From Chrysomallon squamiferum (lineage: Eukaryota; Animalia; Mollusca): a DNA stretch of 64,000 nucleotides. The position numbers and the translations under genes are program-made. The stretch lies in NCBI GenBank assembly GCA_012295275.1, contig CM022676.1, positions 4,650,001-4,714,000 on the forward strand. The letters are read 5' to 3'. Below, one piece after another: positions 31,742 to 47,442 of this stretch. Each line of letters opens with the position of its first letter. Position 1 is the stretch's first letter. The notes under the pieces were generated by a model. The model saw only the letters and a program-made list of their open reading frames with translations, was not told where the DNA came from and made no database searches.

Positions 31742-31912
31742 TGATGTCATGTAACTGAACAGTATGAGTGACGTCAATTAACAGTATTCAAGACGTCATT
31801 TGATCATACATATAAACCATTTGCATGACGTCAGGCATTCATGTCTATGACATCATGTAACCACGTATGTATAATATGAACGTCGTTTAACCGTGTATAT
31901 GACGTCATAAAG
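31742..31912. repeat. Degenerate 22-35 bp minisatellite built on TGACGTCA
   Basis: TGATGTCA 31742, TGACGTCA 31769, AGACGTCA 31791, TGACGTCA 31826, TGACATCA 31848, TGAACGTCG 31877, TGACGTCA 31900; several cores are followed by a TAAC..GTAT-like tail. Confidence 0.7.
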
Positions 31913-32418
31913 CCTTACATATCATGCATATTAAAATGTGTCGAGTTGGTCATTAAACGAATTATTTATTAATTTTATTCGGAGCATACAGACTATGACG
32001 TCTTCAGATCCTAACATCGTTATAATATTAATCTCTGTATTAAAAGCTCTTTGGAACGTAATTATTCTTCGCTGCTGTTATTTCCGTTCGTTTCCAGTAC
32101 ACAGTTTTGATTCGTATAACTAATGAAATATTTTTATTAATTATTGTTATTGTTAATTGTATTTGTCTGGTACCGTGTGAAGAGAGTGTTTGCCCATTAA
32201 TGACTGTTTTAATATTTCATAAGTAAAAATATCGGGATTGAATGCTAGATGTATTTGTTTGTTGTTGTTGTTGTTGTTGTTGTTCTTGTTAGTGTTGTTG
32301 TTGTTGCTGCTGCTGCTGCTGTTGTTAGAATACGTGATCTTTGATAACAAAATTACACAGAGGAATGTCATTTTCTTTTTGATTGTGTATGTATGTGTGT
32401 GTGTATGTGTGTGTGTGT

Positions 32419-32510
<92 letters not shown>

Positions 32511-32994
32511 TAGACTGATGGAGAGAAAAACTAAATGAAATAAAGAAGAAAAATTTAAGAAAATAAAAAAGGAAAGAAAACATTAGAAAAAATACAGAAT
32601 ATGGAAAGAATGGAGAGGAAAGAATGAAAAACGAAAATAAGAAACAAAGAAAAAACTAAAGAAAAAATTACGGATAGAAAAAAAAAAAGAAAACAGAATT
32701 TAAAAAATAAAAAAAAAAACAAAAAACAAAGGGAAAGTCAAGGTCCTAAAGATTAACAAAGCAAACAAAAAAAACAACACAAAGACTCTAAACGTTAAGC
32801 ACAAAACCAACAACACAAACATTTCACTTAAGTAGAAGCGAACGTAACGAGAGCACGAAATGATGGCGTTATTAACTGCGTTACATGCCAAACAGAAACT
32901 TGTAACTCCTTTTTATCTTTACATTTGTCAAAAATGTTGTCAGAACCTTAATAAGAATTACCGTATTGATTTGCGCTTGAGAATATCGTTTCAA

Positions 32995-33041
<47 letters not shown>

Positions 33042-33398
33042 TTTGTAGAGAAATTTGTGCAAGAGATTTCTCTGTTTACACAAAGAGTTTCGTTCGCGAA
33101 CAGTAAGGTTCTTGCGATCCGTTATTAAGCTTGATGAAGAGGCTAGAGAGGGGGGAGAGGGAAAAAAAGATATATGTATTAGGAGGAGATATTTATGGAG
33201 GAGTTTATTGTGAAATATTTTTGGATAATGTTAACGAGGTCGTTAAGACTGGATGTTGAAAGCTGATGATTCCCTTAATGGGGAAAAGATGAAAAGATGA
33301 AATGTGAGAGAGTTGGGGGGGGAGGAAGGGATGCAGGTGGCCGAGGTAGAGTGAGGTAGATTAACTCAGAGTGGTGGGGGGGGAGGGAGGGAGGGAGG

Positions 33399-33497
<99 letters not shown>

Positions 33498-33892
33498 AAA
33501 ATTATAATTAATATTTCTAAAATTAATTCAGAGAAAGAGAAAGAAATAGTTGAGCAAATAACAGACACGCAGTCAGAAAGAAACATTGATATTCAGACAA
33601 ACAGGCTGACAGACAGTATTCATACACAGACAGAGACAAAAAACAGAGAGACGAACAGAAATAAACACATGTGCAGACGTTTTCTTGAACGCAGAACTTA
33701 TCATAATGCATATCAGTAAATTCAAGCAAATATATTACTCACAACTAATAATACTAGCAATAGTAATAATAATAACAGTAGTAATAGTAATAGTAGTAGT
33801 AGAGTAGTAGTAGCAGCGGTAATAGTAGTAAGTAGGAGTAGTAGTTGTTGTTGTACTTAATACTAATAATGGAGAGAAAGGCAGAGGACGAT

Positions 33893-33972
<80 letters not shown>

Positions 33973-34628
33973 ACTAAAAAAAAAAAAAACTAGAACATAA
34001 TAATAAACCCTATACCAACACACTAACATAATACTAACCCACGCTACACGTGTAGGTAGATACACATCTCTCATTTTCTTCAGCTGTGTTTTCAATTTGT
34101 TTCCCTTCCTGCCCGGTGATCGTTGCATTTGTGTCCGCGCGTGAAGTTATCACATTGACGTTTTATGACGCAGACACACACGCTGGCGCTGTTATAAAAA
34201 AAAAAAAAAAAAAAAATGTATTTCTAGGTTTTTAATATGCATATCGCGTCTGCGGGCATAACGAGTCTCTGTCTCGCTTCGTGACGTAGCAGATTTCATC
34301 AAAGGTTAGAATGACGTCATTCCGTTTATGAGGCAGAGAAATTCTCTCGTAGTAGAATTAGCGTGCAAAAGATTAACCGCACACAAGACATGTGTTTGCA
34401 TCGTTTCTTTGTACAGGCTGTTCGTTTTATTAGAGCAGCTGGTGCTGTTGTTGTTGATGTTGTTGTTGTGGTGGTGGTAGTTGTGGTGCTAGTGGTGGCG
34501 GTGATTATGGTAGTGTTGTTCTAGATTTTTACGTGATGCTGTTTTCCTTTTTCTTCATTTTCATTATCATTATCACTATTACTACTACTACTGTTATATT
34601 TATTATCATCATGATTATTATTATTATC

Positions 34629-34686
<58 letters not shown>

Positions 34687-35804
34687 TATTATTATTATTA
34701 TTACAGACGTATGTGCATGTCTCTGCATCTGTGCGCATGCGTGCCCACAAGCTCCATTCGTGAAACCGCAATAAATATTTAATTAAGAATAAAAAATGTC
34801 AAAAGGGAACTTACTTTTTCACAATACTATTATTACGTACGTAATTACATTATGACGTCATAAGCCGGAGTAACGCTATTTATTTGGAAAGAACGTTCGA
34901 AAACGCCAGTTTGGCGTATGTTGAAATGAAATGTTACTGAAAGAAGCAATAGCTACAACAAAAAGAGAAAGAAAAGAAGGCAGCAACGGATGAAATAAAG
35001 ACTGACAGAAGAATGAAAGAAAAGAAAGGAAGGAAGGAATTTAGAGCTTTCTTCAAAAAGGTTGGATATATGTAAATATATAAAATTGATGCTTCGACAT
35101 AACTTGAACTGATGTTGATGATGATGATGTTATCTACGAATGTTGATGACTACGATAAGTATATTGATGATCATCATCAGCTATGATGATGATAGCGATA
35201 ATTAAGATCATCTTAATAATAATTATAATGATAATAACAAATAACGATTAATACTAAGGATAATAATGATAAAAGCCTTAACAATGGCATCACTCATCAC
35301 TTACGATTTTAACAATGAATATTACAAATGATGATTACGAGTTATGACGATAACGATGATGTTGATTACGACGAGGATCAAGATGCTGACGACGACAATC
35401 AACTCTCAGTTAAGTATACATAAACCCAACCTTCCTCTTCCGCGTTATAAAAGGGATTACATGTTTTTGTCTCGAGAATTCTTCTTACGTTGTTTTTAAA
35501 AGATCTTTGTTGCTTTTTCTCGAAGTGTACTTACTGCCACGAATTTCAGTTTTCTTCATATTTTCTAACTCGACTATCGATTTGTGAAGAATTCCTCAAA
35601 CAAAAGAAGCAGAATTATAAAAACGAAAGTAAACATGACATTTTCTTAGTCCATATTAAGAGCGGAACAAAGAAACGGTTCTGTTTTTTTTGTTTTTTTT
35701 TTTAGTGGTAAGTGGCGTGTGGCGTTTGTTATTTATATGTACATTAATAAATACATTTATAGTTACAAACGTAAATATGTACATTCCTACATACGTACGA
35801 ACGA

Positions 35805-35885
35805 AAATACATACATGAATACATACATGAATACATACATGAATACATACATGAATACGTACGTGAATACATACATGAATACGTA
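35805..35885. repeat. 12-bp tandem repeat (AATACATACATG)n
   Basis: About 6 copies; a higher-order derivative of (TACA)n. Confidence 0.85.
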
Positions 35886-36699
35886 CGAACGAACATACTC
35901 ACATGTACATAACTACATACATACATACATACGTAAAAATACGTAAATGTTTGCACACTTGTACATGCATACTTACATAGAGGTATACATTCAGTCATAC
36001 ATACATACATACATACATAGATATATACATACAGGCATACATACCTATACACACATATGTATACATAAATACATACTCACGTAAATACACGCATATATAC
36101 ACTCACAGACACACACACACACATACATACATACAGATATATATATATATATATATATATACGTCAGTACATATTGGGGTATTAATGTACATCATTTTAA
36201 GATATCAATATATGAAATAGTAGCGACAGTAAGAGTAAAGATATTAGCAATTGTTGTTGTTGTAGAAGTAGTAGTAGTAGTATTTTGGACTAATCATGTA
36301 ATTGTAACAGTAATGGTAGTAGTAGTAGTTGTTCTTGTAGCCATAGTAGTAACAGCTGAAGTAATCGTTGCAGTAGTCTTAGTAGTAATAGTTGTAGCAG
36401 CAGCGACACCATCAATAATAGTACATTTCACATAAAATGACTGGAAAAGTTCATCCAGTTGACCGAGTACGTTACACTTAAAAAATGCACTGTAATTTTG
36501 TCAGCGGATCTCTGGTGATTACGGAACCGCTGTACGGCACTACAAATATCAATGGATGCTTGATTGCGTAGTATAAATAAGAGCTTCATGTTTTGATTGC
36601 ATTTTCAGTGATGTTAGCCAAATATCTGCTGTTCTTTAATAACATTTTTCAGTGACTTTCATCATTACAATTTATTAACAGGAAGGAAATGAGGCAGAC

Positions 36700-36732
<33 letters not shown>

Positions 36733-36990
36733 CTTCTTTTCTCGGAAACGGAAGTCTCGATAAATAGGTCCGTATCTTTATTCAAGCTGAATTTAAATTG
36801 CTGGCATTATAATCAAGACCTTTATCGTTTTCCACTTTTTTGTTCATCAAGGAGCTGAAAAGTACTGAAATATAATAATGATTTTTTTATTATTATTGTA
36901 ACTTTTTTTTAAAGATTTTGTTTTTTTTAATCTAAATGCTGCTGAAAACAGATCTTTAAATAATAATAGTAATAATAATAATCATAACAA

Positions 36991-37026
<36 letters not shown>

Positions 37027-37239
37027 CAGCGAAATGAAATGCCATCTAGTTCATATCAGACAACATCTGCAAAAAAATATTTTAAATCTCAGGATTATTT
37101 TTCCTCAGTGAACTCCTTCGGCTTATTTCCCGATCTAATCGGCTCTGTACGCCTGATTAACCGAAGAACACGACATATGTTTTTATATATATGCATTTCA
37201 AAAATATTCTTTCTGTTAACAGCAAAAACATATTATGTG

Positions 37240-37420
37240 GAGTATCTTGAACGGCATTTTGCCTTCGAGGTTCCTGAACGACAATTTGCATTCGGAGCAT
37301 CCCGAACTGCAATTTGCTTTCGGAGCATCCTGAACGGCAATTTGCATTCGGAGCATCCCGAACTGCAATTTGCATTCGGAGCATCCTGAACGGCAATTTT
37401 GTTTTCGGAGCTGCCCGAAT
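37240..37420. repeat. 28-bp minisatellite GAGCATCCYGAACKGCAATTTGCATTCG, ~6.5 copies
   Basis: Units at 37240, 37268, 37295, 37323, 37351, 37379 and 37408. It explains the repetitive ORFs at 37039-37463. Confidence 0.95.
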
Positions 37421-39144
37421 GGGATGTTGCCTTCATATCGTTATTAAAAATAAACAAAAGCATTCGTTTAATACTTAATACCCATTAGTAGCGAAAGTGC
37501 ATCTGAATCTCGTTTAACTACGGATTGCTTTAAAACTCTCCGGTATCATGACACTTCTGAGGTAATTAACGCAGGGCGTTTACGACGAAGCAACAAAACG
37601 AAAATTTCTACTTGCTTCGTGACGTCCGTACTTTTATTAACAAGTTTCCTTGCGAAACGTAAACAAATCAGAACGTTGTTATTACTTTATACATGACAGA
37701 TGGCTCGATTCATTAACGACTTTGTAATAAACTTGAGGACAAAACAGATCGATGATTATTTACTGCCGTATGAATTTCATTTATTTAAATGTGATATTTA
37801 CATATATAGATATATATATATATTATTTATAACACACGGTGATAAATTTACCTGAGTATCACACCATGATTCCTTTTTCTTCATTGGCGAAGTTCTCAAG
37901 GTTTTCGGTTGAATTTGTCCCGTGTCAGATAAGATCGTAATATTAAATACAATCTGTCGGCAGGGAAATAGTTTTTATTTTATTTTATTTTTTTTATTTG
38001 TTTTTACGATAAAACTGTCGAGCGAATGAAAATGTTTTTTTGTGTGGTTCTTTTAGACCGTTTGTTTAACCCTTCTCTTTTGTTTGTTTGTTTGTTTGTT
38101 TTGTGTTTATTTGGTTTATTTTGTTTTATTTGGTTGATTGTTTGTTTGTTTGTTTGTTTGTTGTGTGTTTGTGTTCGGTCATTTTTGTATTGCCTTATTT
38201 AATTTAGTTATTTACTTACTTACGTATCTGTCTATCTATCTGTTTATTCATTTATTTATTTATTTATTTACTTATATATTGATATATTTGTTTATTTATT
38301 TACTTACTTGCTTATTTAATTGTTTATTCGCTAATCTATTTATTTATTTATTATAATTTTATATATGAAACGTCTTTTTCTTTTTTTTTTGTCTATTCAC
38401 ACACACACACACACATACATACACACACACATTCACCAGCAAAAAATCATCATCTATGAATACGTATTTAGCCAGATTTGCAAATCAATAGCGAAAATAA
38501 TAGAATAGAAAGAAAAACTACGATAACACTATAAGCACGGGCTCGTCCCCAAACCCAGGAGATCTGTGTCTTTGAGTCCAGATTTACCGATTACAATATT
38601 ACGTCTGACACAACGACTTCTGACTCTCATTTCGTACTTACTGACTTTGTTATATCAATTGTATGTCACGTAAGAGACATAAGAACGCTTTAGTATAGGT
38701 AATTGTAAAATATGAAATAAAAAATAAACGAATACAGGGTTGAGTAATTTAATATAATTGATCGAAAATAACAACTGGGAAAAAAAAAAAAAGAATCGAA
38801 AAGAAAATGGTAGCGTAATTTTATAAATTTACCGAAAAAAAACCTTCATTAAAATTGGAATTTAAAAACGAAAAAAAAAAAGACGAAAGGAGAATGGTGC
38901 GGAATATTAATTAATTAGTATATTAACTGGATTGAAAATATGAAATTAAAAATTGATTTATTAAATGAACCATGTTAAAATAGGTATTAATAAAGAACGA
39001 AAAAAGATTGTTATATTAATAATATAATATGAGTGACCAGATCAAAACCAGGAATTAAAGAATCGAAAATAAAATGTTATATTAATTTAATAAAGTAAGT
39101 AAATTTAAAAAAAATGTATTAAAAAAGAATGGAAAAGTAAGTGC

Positions 39145-39187
<43 letters not shown>

Positions 39188-39652
39188 ACAGACAGACACA
39201 CAGTCACACACATAAAGTCTTATATATATGTCCATACAAATATATATAAGTGCATGCACGCACACACTGTTGCATACTTATACTCAATTCAACCGTTACT
39301 AAAACCAATATTACTCAGTACATCCGTTACGCATCAGTACGTTTTATAGAAAATATACAACATGCAAAGTTATCGAATCGTGCAAAGAACAATAGCTTTC
39401 TCTTCTGCACGTTCTAAATAAATAATAGTAATAAATGAAATTGTTGAAAACTTTTTTTTTTTTTTTTTATTTATTATATTACACAAAGGACTTGTGTTAT
39501 GGATTTAAAAAAAAAATAATATATTAATTAAATTGAAACAAACAAACAAAAAATGCTCTTGTCAGTATGTCAGTTTTGTTATTGCTTTCCGTAGAACTAG
39601 AGTGTAAAACAGGTTTTTTTTTTTTTTTTTTTTCAAATCGTTCAATATTGAC

Positions 39653-39745
<93 letters not shown>

Positions 39746-40793
39746 ATGAAAAAATGGGGTTAGAGAGACAGATAAAGAGAGAGAAACAGAAAGATAAACA
39801 TGTACGGGTGTTTACGAAAACTATAATACATCCTTCCTTCCTTTTTAATCAGTCTTCATTTCTTCTTCACTTCCTTACTTCAATTCCTCTTCATTTGCTT
39901 CTCCTCCAAGTTCTTTCTTCCCTCCTTCCGTTTTCAACTTCCGTTTGCTTTCTGTAAATCTGCACTCGTTTGAGGTTACAATGTTCTAAGAGTTCATCCG
40001 CGGAAAAAAAAAAAAAAAAAAAAAAAAAAAGATCGGTCCATTTTAAGATCTGTTTAAATAGATGAACAGAAATACGACCCATCCTTAATTCATTTTCTCT
40101 GTTATTATTTTTCTAATTTGTTTTGATCATATTAATGAAAGAAGTAAGCAAAATGCTGTATTCTAACAATACAATTTATTTTCGATCGAAACCAGTTCTA
40201 TTTTTAGAATCAAACGGCCTCCTGAAAAGGTCAGTGTCCAACGTAATTCATCTCTTGTTTATTATTCAATCCCTTTTTGGCGCGAAAATGAAGCTTATCT
40301 TCTGCCCGAGAAAAAGTCTGTTTCATTCCTTTACAATTTGTCACCATGGCTTCATTAGCTGAATTTCGACTGGTAATTTGGTATTCACCATCTTTCTGTG
40401 TTTCCACTGACATTTGTCGGAAACGCAACGAGGCGTTCGGTGCGAAATACGAAACTTCGGAATAGAAGATACGAAACTGTTTTCAAGTCATTTATTTATT
40501 TTTTTTTTTCTTTTTTTTTTTTTTTTGTATTTATTTATTTTTATTTTTTTTTTTTTTTTGTATTTAATTTTTAATTTATTTATTTTTTATTATTTACTTT
40601 TACGTTATTCTTTTTTTTTTTTTTTTTTTTTTTTAATTTTTTTTTAATTTTAATTTTTTTTCCCCACACACACACACTTATTTTATTATTATTTATAAAA
40701 AAAAAAATAATTCAGTGTATTTTACTTAAGTTTTCTTGAAAAAAGATATTTATTATTAAAATTATATTGGTTGTTTTTATTTTGTCGTTTTCC

Positions 40794-40872
<79 letters not shown>

Positions 40873-40997
40873 TCATTTTTATTACATGATAACCATTACT
40901 CTTGGCTATTTATTCATTACTTATTTGTTTATATTTTTATTTTATATGTATGGATATATGGACGGATGAATGGATTTATCAATGTATATAGGTATAT

Positions 40998-41057
<60 letters not shown>

Positions 41058-41129
41058 ATGTATGTAGGTTTATATGAACGTGTTATGCATGTATTTTTCT
41101 GTATAATTATATAGATGAATATGTATTTG

Positions 41130-41842
41130 TGTATGTATGTTTGTATGTAGAAGATATATGTATGTATGTATTAATGTATGTGTGTATGTATGTATGTATG
41201 CACGTATATATGTATATATGTATGTATGTGTGTAAGTATGTATGTATGTATGTATGTGTGTGTGTATGTATGTATGTATGTATGTATGTATGTATGTGTG
41301 TAAGTATGTATGTATGTATGTATGTATATATGTATGTGTGTGTAAGTATGTATGTATGTATGTATGTTATATATATGTATGTATGTGTGTATGTATGTAT
41401 GTATGTATGTATGTGTGTAAGTATGTATGTATGCACGTATATATGTATATATGTATGTATGTGTGTAAGTATGTATGTATGTATGTATGTATGTATGTAT
41501 ATGTATATATATGTATGTACGTACGTAAGTATGTATGTATATGTATGTGTGTATGTATGTATGTATGTATGTATGTATGTACGTACGTATGTATGTATGT
41601 ATGTAAGTATGTATGTATGTATGTGTGTATGTATGTATGTGTGTATGTATGTATGTATGTATGTGTGTATGTACGTACGTAAGTATGTATGTATGTATGT
41701 ATGTATGTACGTATGTATGTATGTATGTATGTATGTATGTATGTATGTATATATGTACGTAAGTATGTATGTATGTATGTATATATGTATGTATGTACGT
41801 ACGTAAGTATGTATGTATATATGTATGTATGTATGTGTGTAT
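41130..41842. repeat. ~700-bp interrupted (TATG)n microsatellite
   Basis: Direct reading; TAAG, TGTG and TACG variants recur. Source of the 256-aa and 225-aa artefactual ORFs. Confidence 0.98.
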
Positions 41843-42448
41843 GATCTTTTCTTCATTATTCTAAGGAGAAACCTCATCTCGGTGAAGTTCAGAGATTCGA
41901 GACATTTACAAAATCAGTCTGTCAGTCATAAGAGGAATCTCAGTTAATGAGTTGCTTTGTGAACTTCCACTCAGACAGACACAAATACAGACAGACACCC
42001 ATACACGTACCACCACAGATTATTAAACAGAAATGAAGAGAAATTCGGACTTACATAAATGTGTTCCGACACAAGAGACAAAGAGAGAGAGAGAGAGAGG
42101 GGGGAGGGTGAAGGATAGACGGAGATTATAATGCATACGAGAGAGGTGGAGGGAGAGAGTGGGTAGGTGGAGAGTGGGTGTGAATGAGGGGGGATATGGG
42201 AGGGAGGGCGGAGAGACAGATTGAAATTCTGACAATGAAAGAGAGACCGAGAAAGAGAAATGCATTAGAGATATAAAAACAGTAATACAGAGAATGATAG
42301 ATAGTTAGATAAATAGATAGACAGACAGACAGAGAGACAGATAGAGAGAGAGAGACAAAGATAAACAAAAAAATCTAGGACATAAGAAGTTTGTCTTTGT
42401 ACTGCTATCTTTCACCTGCGCCATTTTTCTTCCTTTTTCCTTTTTTTT

Positions 42449-42485
<37 letters not shown>

Positions 42486-43318
42486 CTCTTTAAAGATCAC
42501 GCTGTTGACGTCGCATATAATTTATCAACATCGTCTAACGCTACTGCGTCGCCTCGTCTTGACATAAATTTTACCAGACGTTTTCCTTAGAAACCTTTTT
42601 TTTTTTTTTTATATTTTTTTTTTTTTTTTTTTTTTTTATAGTCTTGATTCTTATTTCAACACGAAAATAGTACGGCGTTACGTGATGTGAATACATTTCA
42701 TAATTCTTTTCATGATTTTTGAGAAAATAATCTGTTAAAATATATTTTTTTTATTTATTTATTTATTTTGTTTTTTCATAGCGTCGAGTGTTACATGATG
42801 ACGTAAGCGAATTTGAGAATTTTTCAATTTTTTTGTTTTGTTTTATTATTATTATTTATATTTGACATTATCAGGGATAATGAGCTTTCAAATATATATA
42901 TGCACGCACACAGACCACACACATTCAAACACGAACACGCACACACACACACATATAAAACACATAAACACAAACACACACACACACAGAGAAACACACA
43001 AACACACACACACACACATATAGGTATATATATTTGTTTATTTATTGATTTATTTGAAACCCATTAACCTGATTAAGCTCATATTTCGTATCCCATAAGT
43101 CACTTGACTAAAGCTTGTAACACCGGTAGGATCAATAGCATACGTAGATTTTCAAAAAATTATTATCTCTCTTAATATCCGTTTTTGTAGTTTTATCATA
43201 AATCGGAATTATTCGGAACTATTAAAAAAATAAAATAAAAATAAAGAGTCTTCTTAAGCCTTAAATGTTTTTCACAAAAGTCAAAGGCTTGTTTCCCTTT
43301 TTTTGATAAATATCGCAG

Positions 43319-43417
43319 ATTTTTGTGATATTTAAGAATGTTTTAGAACTCACGTTTTTAAGTTTTGAAAAGCTTCCTTCAAAATAGTTAGTTACGTAAA
43401 TTAATTATTATTATAAC
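43319..43417 (+). repeat. Dispersed ~100-bp repeat, copy 1, directly followed by (GA)n
   Basis: TTTTTGTGATATTTAAGAATGTTTTAGAACTCACGTTTTTAAGTTT...CTTCAAAATAGTTAGTTACGTAAATTAATTATTATTATAAC aligns almost end to end with 55154-55255. Confidence 0.9.
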
Positions 43418-43431
43418 GAGAGAGAGAGAGG

Positions 43432-43526
<95 letters not shown>

Positions 43527-45063
43527 TTATGTATCTCGAATAGCATTATAAGGTGACTGGATAATCTACGTTACCTTCAGCGTCATGAATACCTTTCGAT
43601 AACGTAATAATAACGTAATACGTGAATTTACGTTATCTTCATAAAACACACTTCATCATCTGCTGTTATCGCAAACGAGCACTTCAGACGTAAACGCAAT
43701 TAGCATACCACGGTATCCTGTCTTGATCCGTCGTAACACAAACGTGAAACACGTATTACTTTTACAAGCACGCTCTTCACAAACGTAAAATGTTTTACAT
43801 GAACGGGAATTCAATTTTTTTTTTTTTTTTTTTTCGTCCACTCTAAAGATGTTGGGTCGTTTTTTTTATTATTAACTTTACTAATGTTTCTAGTAATTTT
43901 CCAGTCGATCTCTAAAACCCCTGAATTAAAACCATTTTTTTTTTTTTTCATCGCTTGACAAATGTAAAGAATGACTGTTGTAAAAGTGTAAGAGATAATT
44001 GAGATTGTGCTCGGACTAGATAAACAGCAAATGTTGACACTCTGAAAGAAACGATCGCATTTTGATGATTTGATAAAAGATTTTTGTAATGGTTTAATGG
44101 TTTACTTTTCAGTAAAATGTTTGATTTTTGTTTGTCAGATTTGAAGCTGATAAAATTAGAATTGTTTTTCAAACATCTGTTTGGCTTTTTTAAATAGATA
44201 AAAACGAATCTACATAATATAATAACACCTTTGTCTCTCTGTGTGTATAAAAAATATATATATATATATTCATCTATGTATGAATGACTGTGTATATGAA
44301 TATAAGTATGTGTGCATGCATATATATTTTTTTACGATTTGAATCCTGTATTTTAAAATATATAGTGTATTAATCTAGGTCCAATACACACACATACACG
44401 TGCATAAAGAGGGACGTACGCATGCACGCACACACATACACAAATATTAACCCCGCTCAGAAACCATGCACACGCAGACACACACGCAGCGCGTGCGTTT
44501 CGAACGTACGTATTTTATTAGCAAACGCAGAACCACCGATTTATTCTTCATCTCTTTCTGCGCATTCTAAGATTACGAAACTTGCCGAGAAATGTCGCTC
44601 GTAAATCAAAACACCTTCGCTTATTCCAGCGTCAAGTTTCCAGTTCTGCCGAAGACGCACAAGTCTATCATTTCGTAAGTCGACCTAATTTGAAACTGAC
44701 AGAAATAGACAAACGGAGAAGTCGCGCAAGTTACTTCGTCCCTGCGCGCCCCAGTGGCAGCATCTGTACGGTTTCGTAATGGGCTGTCCCGGATCGAAAT
44801 CGAAATTCCTCGCCAAATCCGAGACCCGAGACCATTTTTGTTTGTTTTATAAACTTGCCACGGGTTGTTAATGAATCGGTTGATAATGTTAAAGTGCCGT
44901 CTATAAGTGTGACTCGTAAATACGACAATTTATACATCCCATATAGGGCCTCTTTATTTTATAGAGGTATTTGTACGGTATGTGTCGTCATGGTCGTAAT
45001 TCGAAAACAAATGGGGATCGATTAAGTATAACTGCATGTTCCGATTTATTATTTTTATTATTA

Positions 45064-45129
<66 letters not shown>

Positions 45130-46090
45130 GTTGTTGTTGTTGTTGTTATTGTTGCTACTGTTACTATCAACTACTACTACTGTTATTATTGTTCTTGTTG
45201 TTGTTGTTGTTGTTATTATTATTATTATTATTGTACTAAATCTACCATTATTATTTTTATTACTATTATTTTACTACTACTACTATTACTGCTCCTGTTA
45301 CTACTACTACTACTATCACAACTGCTACTACTATTAACAATGAAAATTATTCTGCTTTTATCCCTAAGAAGGCCTCATGAGTTATAAATACATTCATAAG
45401 GTACATGATGACCTATCAAGTACGATGGACTTTAATATATGATTAGTGCAGCCCTGGTTATAACGGGAAATAAGAGCAGCATGCAGCTCTATCTCATCCA
45501 TCTTATCATCTTTCCAGAAGTTTCACATTTCGTGTTTCTTCTTTCTTGCGATTTTATCCACTGACAAAGTCACCTCTAGATAATTAAGATTACTTTTTCA
45601 AAGTCCAAGGAAACCATTAGAGATTTCAGAGTTTAAAAATCTTCAGATATTCTTGTTATCTGCTCTTTTCGTGTCATTACGTTTGGTTTTTCATTGCTAG
45701 TTTTTCTCTTTTTTGTTTCTTCATCATCATCTTCATCTTCTTTATTTTCTTTTCTGTTTCATCATCATCATCTTCTTCTTCTTCTTCTTCTTCTTCTTCT
45801 TTCTACTTCTTCATTATCCTTATTCATTAAAAAGTTAATTAAAATCTTGTTTTTGATACTTTTTCAGTTCATTCATTTTATTTTTTTATTATTGTTGTTA
45901 TCATTATAATTCTTTCTTAATTTTTTTGTTTCTTATTTCTTCATTTTTTCTTCTTCTTTTTCACCAATACATTATCGTGTTCTAAAGATATTAGAAAAGT
46001 TTTGAAAGTTCTTTGAACTGTTTAAAAACGATTTCATCATTTCCTTCTTTTTCTAATTCTATTTTGCTTCTTTCTTCTTAATTTTGATCT

Positions 46091-46253
<163 letters not shown>

Positions 46254-46776
46254 AAATTACCGTTTAATTTCCGCACACGTAAAATCACATTCTACAATCT
46301 TTTACACTCCCCTAGAGGAGTCCTGGTCGGAACAGGAAAATATCCCAACGAGCTCGTGTACGAGTATTGATCCTACTGCCCACTGTTGTTGATCGGACAC
46401 GCCCTGTACAGAGCTCACATTAATTGTATGGGAAATATGTTTACGCTCCTCGGTTCAGGTTTATTTATAATGAAAACGATTTCCAGCGAACAAGAAAACT
46501 GAACGGGACAGATAACCTCCCCCCCCCACACACACACTCAATACTGAAGTGATACGTTGACCTCCGACCTCTATTCACACGTGCACAATGTCCACCGTCA
46601 GCGTTGGCGCAGCTAATCGACCCCGACGACGTCAGCAACAGTCTGGCCACGACGTCGGAAGGTTGCGAATTCAAAAATGTTAAAAATTTGATACAAGTAT
46701 AATTACCGTCGTATCGATCTCGTATTTTTCCGCGTTGATTAAGAATTCTCAGGTCTTTGTCCTGTCTGCCGATACG

Positions 46777-47110
46777 GTTATTAGAAAAGTCTGTGACTCG
46801 CTGTCGTAGCCGTAGCTGTTGTTGTCGTAGCTGTTGCTGTCGTCGTTGTTGGTACGGTTATTAACTTTCTTACATACTGTTGGAGCAGTTGTAAGAGTCG
46901 AGGTTGGTGGACTAAGATTAGTTATTAGAAAAGGCTATAACTCAACGAAGTTGTCGTAGTTGCTGTTGTCGTCGCTGTTGACAAGAGATCATAACTTTCT
47001 TAGATATTGTTGTAGTTGTAAATGTCGAGGCTGTTGGTCGGATGGTTATCAGAAGAGTCTATAAATCATTGAGGTTGTCGTAGTTGTTGTTGTTGTTGTT
47101 GATACAGTTA
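46777..47110. repeat. Diverged ~125-145 bp tandem repeat, ~2.5 copies
   Basis: GTTATYAGAARAG starts at 46777, 46921 and 47045; TGTCGTAG(C/T)TG, TAACTTTCTTA and GTCGAGG recur in register. Confidence 0.75.
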
Positions 47111-47285
47111 TTTATTTTCTTGTACATTGCAGTAATAGTAGCGGTTGTTGTTGTAATAGAAATTGTTTAGCTCATGTCGTAGTAATATCACAGCAGTAGT
47201 ATTAGCAGTGACAGCAGTAACAGTAGTAGTAGCAGTAGTTGTAATAGTAGTAGAAGTAGTTGTAGTCTTATTAGTAGCAGTAGTC

Positions 47286-47331
<46 letters not shown>

Positions 47332-47395
47332 CAGCAGAAGAAGAATTAACAGCAGTAATCGTAGTAGCAAGTAATAATAATAGGCCTAAATTTAA

Positions 47396-47442
<47 letters not shown>

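Noticed and set aside
37039-37463. Overlapping ORFs with repeated QFAFGAS / DAPNANC peptides
   Set aside because: Produced by the 28-bp minisatellite, whose unit is not a multiple of three.
46350-46416. Hairpin GAGCTC(G)TGTAC...GTACAGAGCTC as a pre-miRNA
   Set aside because: Only the basal 11 bp pair well; the upper stem is poor.
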